From NCBI GenBank assembly GCA_030647205.1, contig JAUSJO010000005.1:74523-138522 (forward strand): a DNA stretch of 64,000 nt, in the 5' to 3' direction. Shown here one piece after another: positions 47,706-59,708 of the stretch (the stretch's first letter is position 1; every line of letters begins with the position of its first letter). The notes beneath the pieces were generated by a model, which made no database searches, was not told the DNA's origin, and saw nothing but the letters and a program-made list of their open reading frames with translations. A program made the position numbers and the translations under genes. The DNA comes from a bacterium (GTDB lineage: Bacteria; Patescibacteriota; CPR2; UBA1875; JAJYID01).

Positions 47706-48676
47706 AAAGGAAAAAAGTTGTTGTTATCGGAGGTGGGACAGGGAACTTTACCGTTCTCTCTGGTCTAAAAAAGTATGACATTGATCTTTCCGCAATAGTA
47801 AGTATGGCAGATGACGGAGGCTCAACCGGTATCTTGCGTGATGAGATGGGGGTACTTCCTCCCGGAGATGTCAGGCAGTGTTTGATAGCCTTATCCGAAT
47901 CATCGGAAGAGTTGAGAGACCTTTTTAACTACCGGTTTGAAAATGGCAGTTTAGGAGGGCATAACTTCGGCAATCTTTTTCTATCCGCTTTGGAAAAAGT
48001 GGCAGGAAGTTTTGAAAAAGCTGTTGAGGAGGCGGGGAGAATTCTTTGCTGTAAGGGGAGAGTGCTGCCGGTAACGTATGATGAAGTGGTGCTTCAGGCA
48101 GATCTCGGTAATGGCAAGACCATAAAGGGTCAGGTCAATATAGATAAAGCGGGTATGTATAAGTACCCCTTAAAGAGGCTCTTCATCGAGCCCAAGGCGA
48201 AGGTTAATCCAAAGGCAGAAAAAGCCATAAAAGAAGCTGATCTAATAGTTGTCGCTCCCGGATCTTTGTATTCCAGTTTGCTCCCAAATCTACTAGTTGA
48301 GGGAGTGCCGAAAGCGTTGCAAGAGACAAAGGCAAAGATTCTCTATATCTGCAATCTGGTAAACAAGCCGCATGAAACAGCCGGATACACAGTTTGTGAC
48401 TATGTGATGGAGCTAGAGAAGGCAGGAGGCAGAAAGATTGACTACGTTCTCTATAATACGAAAAAGCCGAGGAATAAAGTTCTTGAAAAATATATTAAAC
48501 AAAATGAGCTATTGGTCGGTGAATGCCGCGCATCATCTAACTATAAGATTATCGAAGGTGATATTTTGAAAGATGCGGTCTCGTCTCAAAAAAAAGGAGA
48601 TCTGATGAACAGATCTTTTATCAGGCATGACAGTGAAAAACTGACATCTGCCATAATAAAAATTCTGGAGAAATGA
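47702..48676 (+). CDS. yvcK: YvcK/GlmR family protein
   Basis: IGGGTG, DDGGSTG, PPGDVR, HNFGNL, PGSLYSS. Confidence 0.92.
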   Translation: MKRKKVVVIGGGTGNFTVLSGLKKYDIDLSAIVSMADDGGSTGILRDEMGVLPPGDVRQCLIALSESSEELRDLFNYRFENGSLGGHNFGNLFLSALEKVAGSFEKAVEEAGRILCCKGRVLPVTYDEVVLQADLGNGKTIKGQVNIDKAGMYKYPLKRLFIEPKAKVNPKAEKAIKEADLIVVAPGSLYSSLLPNLLVEGVPKALQETKAKILYICNLVNKPHETAGYTVCDYVMELEKAGGRKIDYVLYNTKKPRNKVLEKYIKQNELLVGECRASSNYKIIEGDILKDAVSSQKKGDLMNRSFIRHDSEKLTSAIIKILEK

Positions 48677-48677
48677 A

Positions 48678-48809
48678 ATGAAACAGAAATGGGAGGAGGA
48701 AGAAGAGAGGCTCCGCAAAAATAGAAAGAGCAAGAAAAAGCCCGTGCAAAAGATGAAAGTTTCGGGAAAGAGTGTTTTTGGTATTGCCAAAGAACTTAAG
48801 AAAAAATAA
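48678..48809 (+). CDS. 43-aa basic peptide (absent from ORF track)
   Basis: GGAG SD; MKQKWEEEEERLRKNRKSKKKPVQKMKVSGKSVFGIAKELKKK* starts 1 nt after the yvcK stop. Confidence 0.5.
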   Translation: MKQKWEEEEERLRKNRKSKKKPVQKMKVSGKSVFGIAKELKKK

Positions 48810-48839
48810 TCTTTCTACTTTTTGACAGCAAAAATTCAC

Positions 48840-49090
48840 TTATCTACTTTTTTAGAATCTATTTTCAACTTTTGGCAGCAAAAATTTATTTATTACTTTT
48901 TTAAAAAAAGTAATGCAAAAATCGCGGCTTAGGCGGTCTCTCAAAGTATCATCTGGTTCGCTCTCTCATCTTTAAAAAAATTAACTCGCTTCTCTCAAAC
49001 AAAATTCTTTTTAAAGGTTCGTTCACTTCCAGACTTTCTTTTCGAGCCGATAGTCGCAAGAGAGCTCCCTTTGAAAAAATCATGCTAGGA
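48840..49090. repeat. composite palindromic repeat locus G (D2 type)
   Basis: TTACTTTTTTAAAAAAAGTAA..AAAAATCGCGGCTT...GATAGTCGCAAGAGA; tail matches 56026-56075. Confidence 0.8.
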
Positions 49091-49137
49091 ATTAGATTGG
49101 ATTTACTTATCTGCTAAATTCTGATAGAATTGCACTC

Positions 49138-49359
49138 ATGCAAAAAGAAATACTTACAAGCATTATCATAGCTTCTGCGGTCGTTCTCATCATTTCAGTG
49201 CTACTTCAGAAAAAAGACGGTGGACTTGGCGCGACATTCGGTAGCAGTGGAGGCGCATATATGAAAAAAAGGGGTGCGGAAAAGGTTATTTTCTTTGTGA
49301 CTATTATCTCGGCTATAGTTTTTGGCGGGACTATCTTGGTCAGTCTCATTCTTAAATAA
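49138..49359 (+). CDS. secG: preprotein translocase subunit SecG
   Basis: VLLQ..GGLGATFG..RGAEK, two TM helices. Confidence 0.9.
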   Translation: MQKEILTSIIIASAVVLIISVLLQKKDGGLGATFGSSGGAYMKKRGAEKVIFFVTIISAIVFGGTILVSLILK

Positions 49360-49363
49360 AAAA

Positions 49364-51133
49364 ATGAAATTCAAAAGATTTTTCTTAAGACACTCTCTCA
49401 ATTTCCAAAAGATTAAAATAAAGGCGAGAAATCTGGATGCGGAGGATTTCCAGAAGGCCTATATTGTCGTTTCAAAGAGACTGTATAGGGTTATTCATCT
49501 TCGTAATCTAGTGGCGTTTTGCCTTGTGTTTATAATAGTTGTTTTTTCGATGTTTATATCGTCTTTTAATACCATTGAGGCGTTCTACAATAAAGACAAT
49601 CCGTTATCCGGCGGTACATATGCGGAAGGGAATCTGGGGAAGTTCTCGAGGATAAACCCTCTGTATTCACAGACAAACCCTAACGATGAAGATGCGGTAA
49701 ATCTAATCTTCAGCGGGCTGATGAAACGGGGTGATAACAGAAGTTTAAAGACAGACATGGCGAGTAAGTGGACTCTTTCTGAGGATAAGAAAACTTATAC
49801 ATTTGAACTGAAAAAGGGCGTGAAGTGGCATGACGGAGTAGAGTTTAGCGCTGATGACGTGCTTTTTACTATAGAACTTATCCAAAACCCTGATGCCAGA
49901 AGCTCACTTTATGAGGCGTGGAAAGGGGTTAAAGCGGAAAAAACAGAAAAAGGGGAAGTGAAGTTTACCTTGGGAGAGCCATCTGACTCATTTCTAGAAA
50001 ACACAACATTAAAAATCCTACCGAAACATATTTTGGCAAAAATCCCTCCGGCAAGCATTCAGACTGTGGACTTTAATACCAAACCTGTAGGTACCGGACC
50101 ATATGAGTTTGACAGCCTGACGAAGGAGTCCGGCAGGGAAACTCTGATAATGAGCCTAAACGATAAATATTATGATAAGAAACCTTATCTGACAAAAGTA
50201 ATGCTCGAAAGTTTTCTGGACGAAAAAGAAATGATGGACGAGTATAACAAAAGAAATATCAAGGGGATAGGAAATCCGACTCAAGGATTAGTAGATAAAA
50301 TCGGTAAAGAAGGGAGCACCAGTCTCCACGAATATGCCCTGCCGAGATATGTGGCAATGTTTTTCAATGTTGAGAGCGAGAAACTGAAAGAAAAAAATTT
50401 GCGTGTCGCAATAAACCAGGCTGTTGATAGAAAAGACATTTTGGAAAAAGCGGCAGAGGGAAGAGCTCTCCCGGCTTATTATCCGATAGCTCCGGGGCTT
50501 GCGAGTCAAACAGGAATAAAAGTTGAAAGCAAAGGAGACATCGGTAAAGCGAGTGAAACTCTAAAAGGCGCGAGCTATACGCTAGAATCCGGTCAACTGA
50601 AATATCAAGGCAAGGATGTTACATTAAAAATTGCTACGGGGGACACAGTTGAGCTGAAGAAAACTGCTGAGATAGTTGCAGATGAACTAAAAAAACTAGG
50701 CATAAAGACAGAAATAAAGTCTGAAAATATGAATGTTTTGCAGAAAGATTATATAAGGCCCAGAAATTATGACATTCTGATAATCGGTGAAGATTTAGGC
50801 CTTACACCGGATCTTTTCAGCTTTTGGCATTCATCTCAAGTAAACGACCCGGGACTGAACTTTTCGAAGTATAAGGATAGAAAACTGGACAAGTTCATCG
50901 AGGTTGCCAGAAAGACAACAGATGCAACAGAAAAAAAATCAAAGCTGGAAGAGATTCAAAAAATAATCCTCGAGGATGTGCCGGCTGTCTATCTGTATAA
51001 TCCTTTTTATGTTTTCATAACTTCCGATAAAGTGAAGGGAGTGCGTGACGGCAAGATGATATCTCCGTCTGATAGATTCGAAGATATAGAAAACTGGTAC
51101 CTAAAAGCCGATCGTGTGATGATTGACGGCTAG
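49364..51133 (+). CDS. ABC transporter substrate-binding protein, family 5 (peptide)
   Basis: VKWHDG..FSADDV.FT, PVGTGPY. Confidence 0.9.
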   Translation: MKFKRFFLRHSLNFQKIKIKARNLDAEDFQKAYIVVSKRLYRVIHLRNLVAFCLVFIIVVFSMFISSFNTIEAFYNKDNPLSGGTYAEGNLGKFSRINPLYSQTNPNDEDAVNLIFSGLMKRGDNRSLKTDMASKWTLSEDKKTYTFELKKGVKWHDGVEFSADDVLFTIELIQNPDARSSLYEAWKGVKAEKTEKGEVKFTLGEPSDSFLENTTLKILPKHILAKIPPASIQTVDFNTKPVGTGPYEFDSLTKESGRETLIMSLNDKYYDKKPYLTKVMLESFLDEKEMMDEYNKRNIKGIGNPTQGLVDKIGKEGSTSLHEYALPRYVAMFFNVESEKLKEKNLRVAINQAVDRKDILEKAAEGRALPAYYPIAPGLASQTGIKVESKGDIGKASETLKGASYTLESGQLKYQGKDVTLKIATGDTVELKKTAEIVADELKKLGIKTEIKSENMNVLQKDYIRPRNYDILIIGEDLGLTPDLFSFWHSSQVNDPGLNFSKYKDRKLDKFIEVARKTTDATEKKSKLEEIQKIILEDVPAVYLYNPFYVFITSDKVKGVRDGKMISPSDRFEDIENWYLKADRVMIDG

Positions 51134-51185
51134 GTGACTTTACAATTAGAAATTAAAAAAATCACTAGGTAATGGTGATTTTTTC

Positions 51186-51211
51186 ATTGGTGCTTGCTGC
51201 GAGGGCTTGAA
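51186..51211 (-). pseudogene. degenerate tRNA-Leu 3' fragment
   Basis: ATTGGTGCTTGCTGCGAGGGCTTGAA versus ATTGGTGCTGCGGAGAGGACTTGAA at 51341-51365. Confidence 0.5.
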
Positions 51212-51342
51212 GCAGTATCACTGCTTTTGATTTTTCTATTTTCTGTTCGAAATTTCTAGATTGTTTCTTCAATACACCGATATCTTAAATTTCTTGGCAG
51301 TTACAGGAGGTTCTGCGTTCCTCTCGCATTAAACAATTTTAT

Positions 51343-51430
51343 TGGTGCTGCGGAGAGGACTTGAACCTCCACGACCTAAGCGGTCACTAGCCCCTCAAGC
51401 TAGCGCGTCTACCAATTCCGCCACCGCAGC
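51343..51430 (-). tRNA. tRNA-Leu(GAG)
   Basis: Cloverleaf with long variable arm, anticodon GAG, CCA. Confidence 0.93.
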
Positions 51431-51447
51431 ATAATATTTATTTTTCT

Positions 51448-51534
51448 TGGTGCCTAGGGGGGGACTCGAACCCCCAAGGTCGTAAGACCAACGGATTTTA
51501 AGTCCGTCGCGTATACCAATTCCGCCACCCAGGC
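51448..51534 (-). tRNA. tRNA-Leu(TAA)
   Basis: Anticodon loop CTTAAAA, variable arm, CCA. Confidence 0.93.
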
Positions 51535-51539
51535 ATATT

Positions 51540-51613
51540 TGGAGGCCTCGCCCGGAATTGAACCGGGGTAAACGGTTTTGCAGACCGCTGCGTAACCACT
51601 CCGCCACGAGGCC
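51540..51613 (-). tRNA. tRNA-Cys(GCA)
   Basis: Anticodon loop CTGCAAA, U73, CCA. Confidence 0.93.
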
Positions 51614-51696
51614 ATATAACAAGGTATATTTTACAGTATTTTAGCCCCAAAGTCACCCCATAAACGAAAATAAAGCCGATTCTCTCGACTTCATTT

Positions 51697-51773
51697 TGGA
51701 GCGGGAAACGAGATTCGAACTCGCGACCTCATCCTTGGCAAGGATGCGCTCTAGCCAACTGAGCTATTCCCGC
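51697..51773 (-). tRNA. tRNA-Gly(GCC)
   Basis: Anticodon loop TTGCCAA, CCA. Confidence 0.95.
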
Positions 51774-51774
51774 A

Positions 51775-51850
51775 TGGTGGCGAGACCCGGAATCGAACCG
51801 GGGACGCAAGGATTTTCAGTCCTTCGCTCTACCAACTGAGCTACCTCGCC
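51775..51850 (-). tRNA. tRNA-Phe(GAA)
   Basis: Anticodon loop CTGAAAA, CCA. Confidence 0.95.
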
Positions 51851-51878
51851 GTATGTTAAAAAATCTCAGTAATTTATT

Positions 51879-51955
51879 TGGTGGGCGCTGAGGGATTCGA
51901 ACCCCCGACCCTCTCGGTGTAAACGAGATGCTCTAGCCAACTGAGCTAAGCGCCC
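51879..51955 (-). tRNA. tRNA-Val(TAC)
   Basis: Anticodon loop TTTACAC, CCA. Confidence 0.95.
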
Positions 51956-52056
51956 TAAATATTTACCAAAACATTATACTATAAAACGGTGATTTGTAAA
52001 AGGAAAATTGGCAGAATAGACTATTTTCAATGTTGACACAAGTAGTATAATAAATG

Positions 52057-52362
52057 TGTAAGGAAAACATCCTTGCTAGTACCACCCTAGTAAACTCCTC
52101 CTACCGGGCAATTTGGCACCCCGGCCAATGCAAGCTGCTACCTTGGTTTGACGACTCAACTAAGGGCTTTGTTAGCAAACGGCGCGCCGTTAACAAAGTA
52201 TCATGATCTAGTAGCCCATTGGGCATCCGTCTTACCAGCGGAGGGAGAAGAAAAAATAAAAGGAATCTCACGACACTTGAAATCCCAAACCCATTTAATA
52301 AAAAAACCCGAGATTCCTAAAACCCTCTACGGGCCGTCGCATTTGACGGCCCACTTCTTTTT
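52057..52362 (+). ncRNA. candidate structured ncRNA of unknown family
   Basis: TATAAT at 52046, nested helices with G-U pairs on the + strand, terminator 52331-52362. Confidence 0.5.
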
Positions 52363-52399
52363 ATTCCAAAATGTTGCAAAGTTTCATATAATAAAACCC

Positions 52400-53599
52400 A
52401 TGAAACGTTTATTTAAATATATTGTCCCGGTTATTCTAGTTGCCATTATAGTTGGCATCGCATACAAAGCCGGTTTTATAGACTTAAGAAGATATCCAGT
52501 GGCTACTGGACCGAAACAGGTAGTTTTAAATTGTACCTACCATGGCCAGAAGCTCACAATCAACGAAAATCTTTATCAAAGCGTTGATGAATATTACGCT
52601 TCTGATCCGAGAAAAATGAGGCTAGACTATAAGTCTTTTGTATCCTCGAATTCAAAAGATCTGACTATTAAAGACCTAACCCAAAAAATAAAGGTAAAGG
52701 GGACAGAGCTTGGCTTGTCCAGTGACCAGACGATGGATCTGGCGACTTGCTTTGTCCAAAATATTCCTTATGATACTGAAAAAGCAAAAATAGTTCTTTC
52801 CCAGAATCCCGGCGATAAACTCACAAGGGTTACCCAGCGGGAGTATTATGACCGTTTTCCATACGAAACTTTGTATGAGAACAAGGGTATCTGCACAGAT
52901 AAATCATATCTGGAGGCCGCAATATTAAAAGAAATGGGGTATGGGGCATCGATACTTACATTTAATACCGAAAAGCACATGGCAGTTGGAGTACAAACCC
53001 CGAAAGGGTATACATCTTTTAATACCGACTATAGTTATGTCGAAACGACCAGCCCGGGATATAAGGTCGGGCAGTTGCCGTCAATAGATAAAAATACCGG
53101 TGGGGCGAAAAAGGCAGAGCTTGATAAAGTATCAGGCAGCCAGGGCAATGAGCTAATCCCGCAGTTTCCGGAGTCTGACTTTTCTCCGCCAAGCGAAATT
53201 ATCAAAATATCAGACGGAAAAGAATATCAAAGAATTATAGAAATTACAAACGACATAAACCGGCTGAAAAGTCTGGTGGCAGAGATCAATAGTGCAAATA
53301 CGGGTATAGCAGCATATAAAACGGAGCTAAAAAATGCCGAGGGTCAGGCCCAGTCAGCAAGAGACGAGCTCTCCCAAGCCGAGTCAAAAGTTAACAATGC
53401 AAAAAATATCTACAAATCAGATTCGACCGAGGGAAACTATGCTTCATATACTGCCGCGTATGATGAATATCAGAGCGTTTATAAAAATACGAGGTCAGTT
53501 ATAAATGGCTATAACTCCAAAGTTAATCAGTATAACTCTGCCATTGGCCAGCTAAACGGGCTTATTGATGAATACAATAAACTGATAAAGAGTGACTAA
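52400..53599 (+). CDS. membrane-anchored transglutaminase-like protein with C-terminal coiled coil
   Basis: FVQNIPY, GICTDKS, HMAVG, YVETT; ATG 52400 followed by a TM helix. Confidence 0.75.
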   Translation: MKRLFKYIVPVILVAIIVGIAYKAGFIDLRRYPVATGPKQVVLNCTYHGQKLTINENLYQSVDEYYASDPRKMRLDYKSFVSSNSKDLTIKDLTQKIKVKGTELGLSSDQTMDLATCFVQNIPYDTEKAKIVLSQNPGDKLTRVTQREYYDRFPYETLYENKGICTDKSYLEAAILKEMGYGASILTFNTEKHMAVGVQTPKGYTSFNTDYSYVETTSPGYKVGQLPSIDKNTGGAKKAELDKVSGSQGNELIPQFPESDFSPPSEIIKISDGKEYQRIIEITNDINRLKSLVAEINSANTGIAAYKTELKNAEGQAQSARDELSQAESKVNNAKNIYKSDSTEGNYASYTAAYDEYQSVYKNTRSVINGYNSKVNQYNSAIGQLNGLIDEYNKLIKSD

Positions 53600-53641
53600 T
53601 TGCAAGCTTGTTGCGTTTGCATTTTGTGATATAATGAAGCC

Positions 53642-54097
53642 ATGAAAAAGCCACAACTATCAACCTCTCTAAGTGAGGATTTGAAAAAGCATTCAAAAAA
53701 TGACAAGAAAAGGCGTATTGTCGCTAATGTCTCTGTGGTCTTAGTTATAGCACTTTTCGTGATTTTAGCTAAAGTATATGTTTTCAAAGGTGATATAAAA
53801 ATAAATAGCGAACAAACAAAAAGCCCAAGTGAAAAAATAGAAAACCAGCCGGCAGCGGAGGATAGCAAGGCTCCTGCGCCGGCAGCTGCAACACCGGCTG
53901 CTCCGGCTCCGGCCACTCCGGCACCGGCACCAGCAGCGGATAGCGGGTTTACGACATACGTTATTAAAGAAGGTGATACTTTGAGCACCATTGCGAACTC
54001 AAACGGGATGACCTCAAAACAACTCATGGATTATAACGGGATAGTCGATCCTGCCAGCATAATGCCTGGTCAGAACATAAAAATACCAAAAAGTTAA
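53642..54097 (+). CDS. membrane-anchored LysM protein
   Basis: TM, Ala/Pro linker, YVIKEGDTLSTIA. Confidence 0.88.
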   Translation: MKKPQLSTSLSEDLKKHSKNDKKRRIVANVSVVLVIALFVILAKVYVFKGDIKINSEQTKSPSEKIENQPAAEDSKAPAPAAATPAAPAPATPAPAPAADSGFTTYVIKEGDTLSTIANSNGMTSKQLMDYNGIVDPASIMPGQNIKIPKS

Positions 54098-54138
54098 AAT
54101 TAAAAAGTAGCCCCATTAGCGGGATATAAGGAGACGCC

Positions 54139-54699
54139 ATGATAATGTTTATAGTATTAGGTTTAGTAGTAGTTTTGGTTGCCGGTGTGATTTTCATTTA
54201 TAACGGCCTCATAAGAGCAAAAGTCAGAGTTGACGAGGCTTGGAGTGATATCGATGTCCAGCTAAAAAGAAGATATGATCTTATTCCAAACTTGATAGAG
54301 ACGGTAAAAGGTTATGCGAAGCACGAGAAGGAAGTTTTTGAGAAAGTCACTGCGCAGAGAACTCAAGCCATGAATGCGACAGGTCCGGTAGAGAAGGAGA
54401 AGGCTGAAAATATGCTTTCCGGGACACTAAAGAGTCTTTTTGCGGTAGCTGAGAATTACCCCGACCTTAAGGCAAACCAGAACTTTCTGGAGCTTCAAAA
54501 AGAACTGACTGACACAGAAGATAAAATCCAGGCAGCCAGAAGATTTTACAACGGTAATGTCCGCGACTTCAACACAAAAATTCAGGTATTTCCAAATAAT
54601 ATTTTGGCTGGGATACTTGGGTATAAAGACAGGGAATTTTTCCAGGCTGACGAAGGCGACAAAGAGCCGGTAAAGGTTGACTTTAGCGAAGAGAAATAA
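54139..54699 (+). CDS. lemA: LemA family protein
   Basis: WSDIDVQLKRRYDLIPNL, ENYPDLKA. Confidence 0.96.
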   Translation: MIMFIVLGLVVVLVAGVIFIYNGLIRAKVRVDEAWSDIDVQLKRRYDLIPNLIETVKGYAKHEKEVFEKVTAQRTQAMNATGPVEKEKAENMLSGTLKSLFAVAENYPDLKANQNFLELQKELTDTEDKIQAARRFYNGNVRDFNTKIQVFPNNILAGILGYKDREFFQADEGDKEPVKVDFSEEK

Positions 54700-55602
54700 A
54701 TGGCACTGGTCTATAACGAAATAGGTTCCAACAAAAGAAAAACGGTCTTTTTTATGGCCGGTTTTCTTATTTTCATCATTGGTCTCGGCTGGATCTTTTC
54801 TCGGGTCTTGGGGATGTTCTGGATATTGCCGGTTGCAGTTGCCTTTGCCTCGATCCAAGCAGTTGTAAGCTACTGGTATAGCGACAGGATAACGCTTGGA
54901 ATATCAAAGGCTCATGAGATTACACATGAAAACAACAAAGACCTTTTTCATATTGTTGAGAATCTTTGTATTACAGCGGGCTTGCCTATGCCGCGGATTT
55001 ACATCATAGAAGATTCGGCCCCAAATGCCTTTGCGACAGGACGTGATCCGGAGCATGCGGTTATCTGCTATACAACGGGAATCATAGAGAAGTTGGATAA
55101 GCCGGAGCTGGAAGGTGTGACGGCGCATGAACTTTCGCATATTGGTAACTATGATATTCGCTTGATGACGGTAATAGTGGTTTTGGTTGGTATTGTTGTG
55201 CTTTTATCCGATTGGTTTTTGAGAATCAGTTTCTGGGGCGGAGGAGATGATGATAGTGATAATGGTCAGTTGGGTCTAATTCTGATGATAGCAGGAATAG
55301 TCCTTGCGATACTGGCGCCGGTTATTGCCATGATTATACAGCTTGCTCTATCTAGAAACAGGGAATATCTGGCCGACTCAAGCGGGGCTCTTTTGACCCG
55401 TTATCCGGAAGGCTTAGCAAGGGCGCTTGAGAAAATATCTGCAGACACCGAGCCTCTCGAAGCGGCAAACAAAGCAACGGCCCATCTCTATATTGCAAAT
55501 CCACTGAAAGAGCACAAAGGAAAACCGCGAGGATGGTTTAGCGGGCTTTTTGACACGCATCCGCCTATAGAGGAGAGAGTAAAAAAACTTAGGGAAATGT
55601 GA
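54700..55602 (+). CDS. htpX: zinc metalloprotease HtpX (M48)
   Basis: PNAFATG, HELSH, REYLAD, THPPIEER. Confidence 0.95.
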   Translation: MALVYNEIGSNKRKTVFFMAGFLIFIIGLGWIFSRVLGMFWILPVAVAFASIQAVVSYWYSDRITLGISKAHEITHENNKDLFHIVENLCITAGLPMPRIYIIEDSAPNAFATGRDPEHAVICYTTGIIEKLDKPELEGVTAHELSHIGNYDIRLMTVIVVLVGIVVLLSDWFLRISFWGGGDDDSDNGQLGLILMIAGIVLAILAPVIAMIIQLALSRNREYLADSSGALLTRYPEGLARALEKISADTEPLEAANKATAHLYIANPLKEHKGKPRGWFSGLFDTHPPIEERVKKLREM

Positions 55603-55612
55603 GGTAAATCTC

Positions 55613-56080
55613 TGTCATCCTGAGGTACGAAGGATCTCTTTTCTTCTGTCATTCCGACCGATACCACGCTAGTGGAAAGCGGAGGGATCCCTTTTCCCGT
55701 ATGTCATTCCCGCCCGCCAAAGGTCGGATAAACTCCGGCGGGAATCCAGTCTTTTTAAAATATTATCCACTTTTTTAGAAAAAGTGGAGTAAAAATCGCG
55801 ACTTATGGCGGCGACAAAGTGTCGGATTTCAGTTCACTCAGGTTTGAAAAAATGAACTCGCTAGAGAGCTCAGACAACATTCTTTTCAAAGTCTTCATTC
55901 ACTTTATCCTCGCTTTGTCTTCGATAGTCGCAAGAGATCCTTTGCTTTCAAGCTTTCTTTATTAAAACCATGCCAGGAGGGGGAAAGACCTATTTCTTCG
56001 TGATGTCGGGAATACAAAATCCTCGCTTTTCGAGCCGATAGCCGCAAGAGAGCTCCCTTTGAAAAAATCATGCCGGGGAG
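55613..56080. repeat. composite palindromic repeat locus H
   Basis: Three GTCAT modules, full D2, then tails of D1 and of locus G. Confidence 0.85.
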
Positions 56081-56200
56081 AGAAAGACCTATTCTTCTTG
56101 GTTGCGGGAGGAAATTTTATTTTATTAAAACTTGTTGTTTTATTTTTTTCCTTTGGTATTATATAAGTATTATAAAGTATTTTTTGATCTAGGAGGGTAA

Positions 56201-57205
56201 ATGGGTATTTTAATCGGAATTATAATAGGAACGCTAGTTATTGCTGGTGCTGGTGGCGGTGTTTACGTTCTTGTATTTAGAGCGAAGCACAAGAAAGAGC
56301 TTCTCGCAAATTCACAGATGGGGAATAATCTTCCAACCTTAGGGGCGGAACCTGCTCAGCAAAATCAAACACAAGGACTACCTAACTTAGGTGGAGTCCC
56401 AAATCAAGGCCAAGGGAGTCCCATGGCTAGTCCAGTCATGAATGATATTACTGGTGGAGGATTGCCGCAAGTCCCTCAGGCGCCGGCTGCACCGATGCAG
56501 GAGGAACCTTCTTTTATGAGTCCCCAAGAACCGCCGACAATAAATCGCAGTTTTCCGGATACGCCTCAGGTGCCAGAAGCCCCGGTTGCTGACAGTCTAG
56601 GTATGATACCTGAAGCACCTGCTGCACCAGCCAATACATTTGATTTAAGTCAAATGGATCAGAGTACAATCGGCTCAGGGAGTTTGCTTGATGATACAGA
56701 AACCGTAGGGCCTGTTGCCGGAATGGCAGAAGACTCGTTAAGCAATGCAACTGATGTTGATATAAGCGATTCTACAGTACCGGTTACAAGAGAGAATGAA
56801 TCTTTGGAACAAGTAGAGTCTGAACTTGGTGATGTCTCAGTATCTGCTCAGACAGAGGAAAGAGAAGAGCAAAATGCAGCTCCGGAAGTTCCTGTCATGT
56901 CTTCAGTACCGCAGCCTGATCCGGTTAGTGCCCCAGAACCTGTTGTACAGCCTGAACCACCGGTTACTCCAGAACCATCTATAAGTATCCCTGTACAGGA
57001 TTTTCCGAATATTGGTCAGTCGTCAGAACCTCAAAATACACCGAGCGAACAAATTCCTGACGTGCCAATCGCTTCTCAAGGAAATATGTCGCCAATGCCA
57101 GGGATTTCTACTGTATCAGACTTTCCGTCAATCCCGTCAGCACCACAGGCGGCAGGATCACCTGAAAACAATACTGATTCTGGTACACAGGAAATGCATA
57201 TTTAA
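56201..57205 (+). CDS. membrane-anchored Pro/acidic disordered protein
   Basis: N-terminal TM, P/S/E/Q-rich remainder; terminator 57222-57251. Confidence 0.75.
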   Translation: MGILIGIIIGTLVIAGAGGGVYVLVFRAKHKKELLANSQMGNNLPTLGAEPAQQNQTQGLPNLGGVPNQGQGSPMASPVMNDITGGGLPQVPQAPAAPMQEEPSFMSPQEPPTINRSFPDTPQVPEAPVADSLGMIPEAPAAPANTFDLSQMDQSTIGSGSLLDDTETVGPVAGMAEDSLSNATDVDISDSTVPVTRENESLEQVESELGDVSVSAQTEEREEQNAAPEVPVMSSVPQPDPVSAPEPVVQPEPPVTPEPSISIPVQDFPNIGQSSEPQNTPSEQIPDVPIASQGNMSPMPGISTVSDFPSIPSAPQAAGSPENNTDSGTQEMHI

Positions 57206-57223
57206 CTAAACTATTTTCTCTAA

Positions 57224-59248
<2,025 letters not shown>

Positions 59249-59303
59249 TTTGTAATTTAGCCCAGTAATGAGATAATATTCAGTAGTTAAATAAGGAGAA
59301 ACT

Positions 59304-59705
59304 ATGGTAAGTAAAAATTTAGAGAGGTATATCCATACTGAGGATGATGAAGCTGCAGGCGCAAAGAAAGGCTATGTAAAGGACAAAGAAATTGCAGAAG
59401 ATACAGCAGAGTTTCTGGAACAGATCAATGATTTAGCGTCGCCAGAGGAGTTAAATCGAAAGGCTGAAGGAAATATTGGAAGGATGATTGCTGAAAAAGA
59501 AGCCCTAAGAAATATAAAAAGTTCTATTGCAGGCAGTAACCTGGACTACTTCCATGAAAATCCTGATCGTGCTGGACTTGCAATGAAAGAGGATATTTCC
59601 GAAGGTAAAAAGGTTGGAGAGGAATACAAAGAATTTGTGAAAAGGAGTGATAGTGAGGAATTAGACAGATTGAGAAAAAAAATGCGAGAAGAAGGCCAGA
59701 ACTAA
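59304..59705 (+). CDS. hypothetical protein
   Basis: AAGGAG SD, charged helical protein. Confidence 0.65.
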   Translation: MVSKNLERYIHTEDDEAAGAKKGYVKDKEIAEDTAEFLEQINDLASPEELNRKAEGNIGRMIAEKEALRNIKSSIAGSNLDYFHENPDRAGLAMKEDISEGKKVGEEYKEFVKRSDSEELDRLRKKMREEGQN

Positions 59706-59708
59706 GTT

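Noticed and set aside
51395..51622. 75-aa ORF
   Set aside because: It overlaps three tRNA genes.
52148..52399. N-terminal extension of the transglutaminase-like ORF
   Set aside because: It crosses a terminator and a -10 box; ATG 52400 gives a normal signal anchor.
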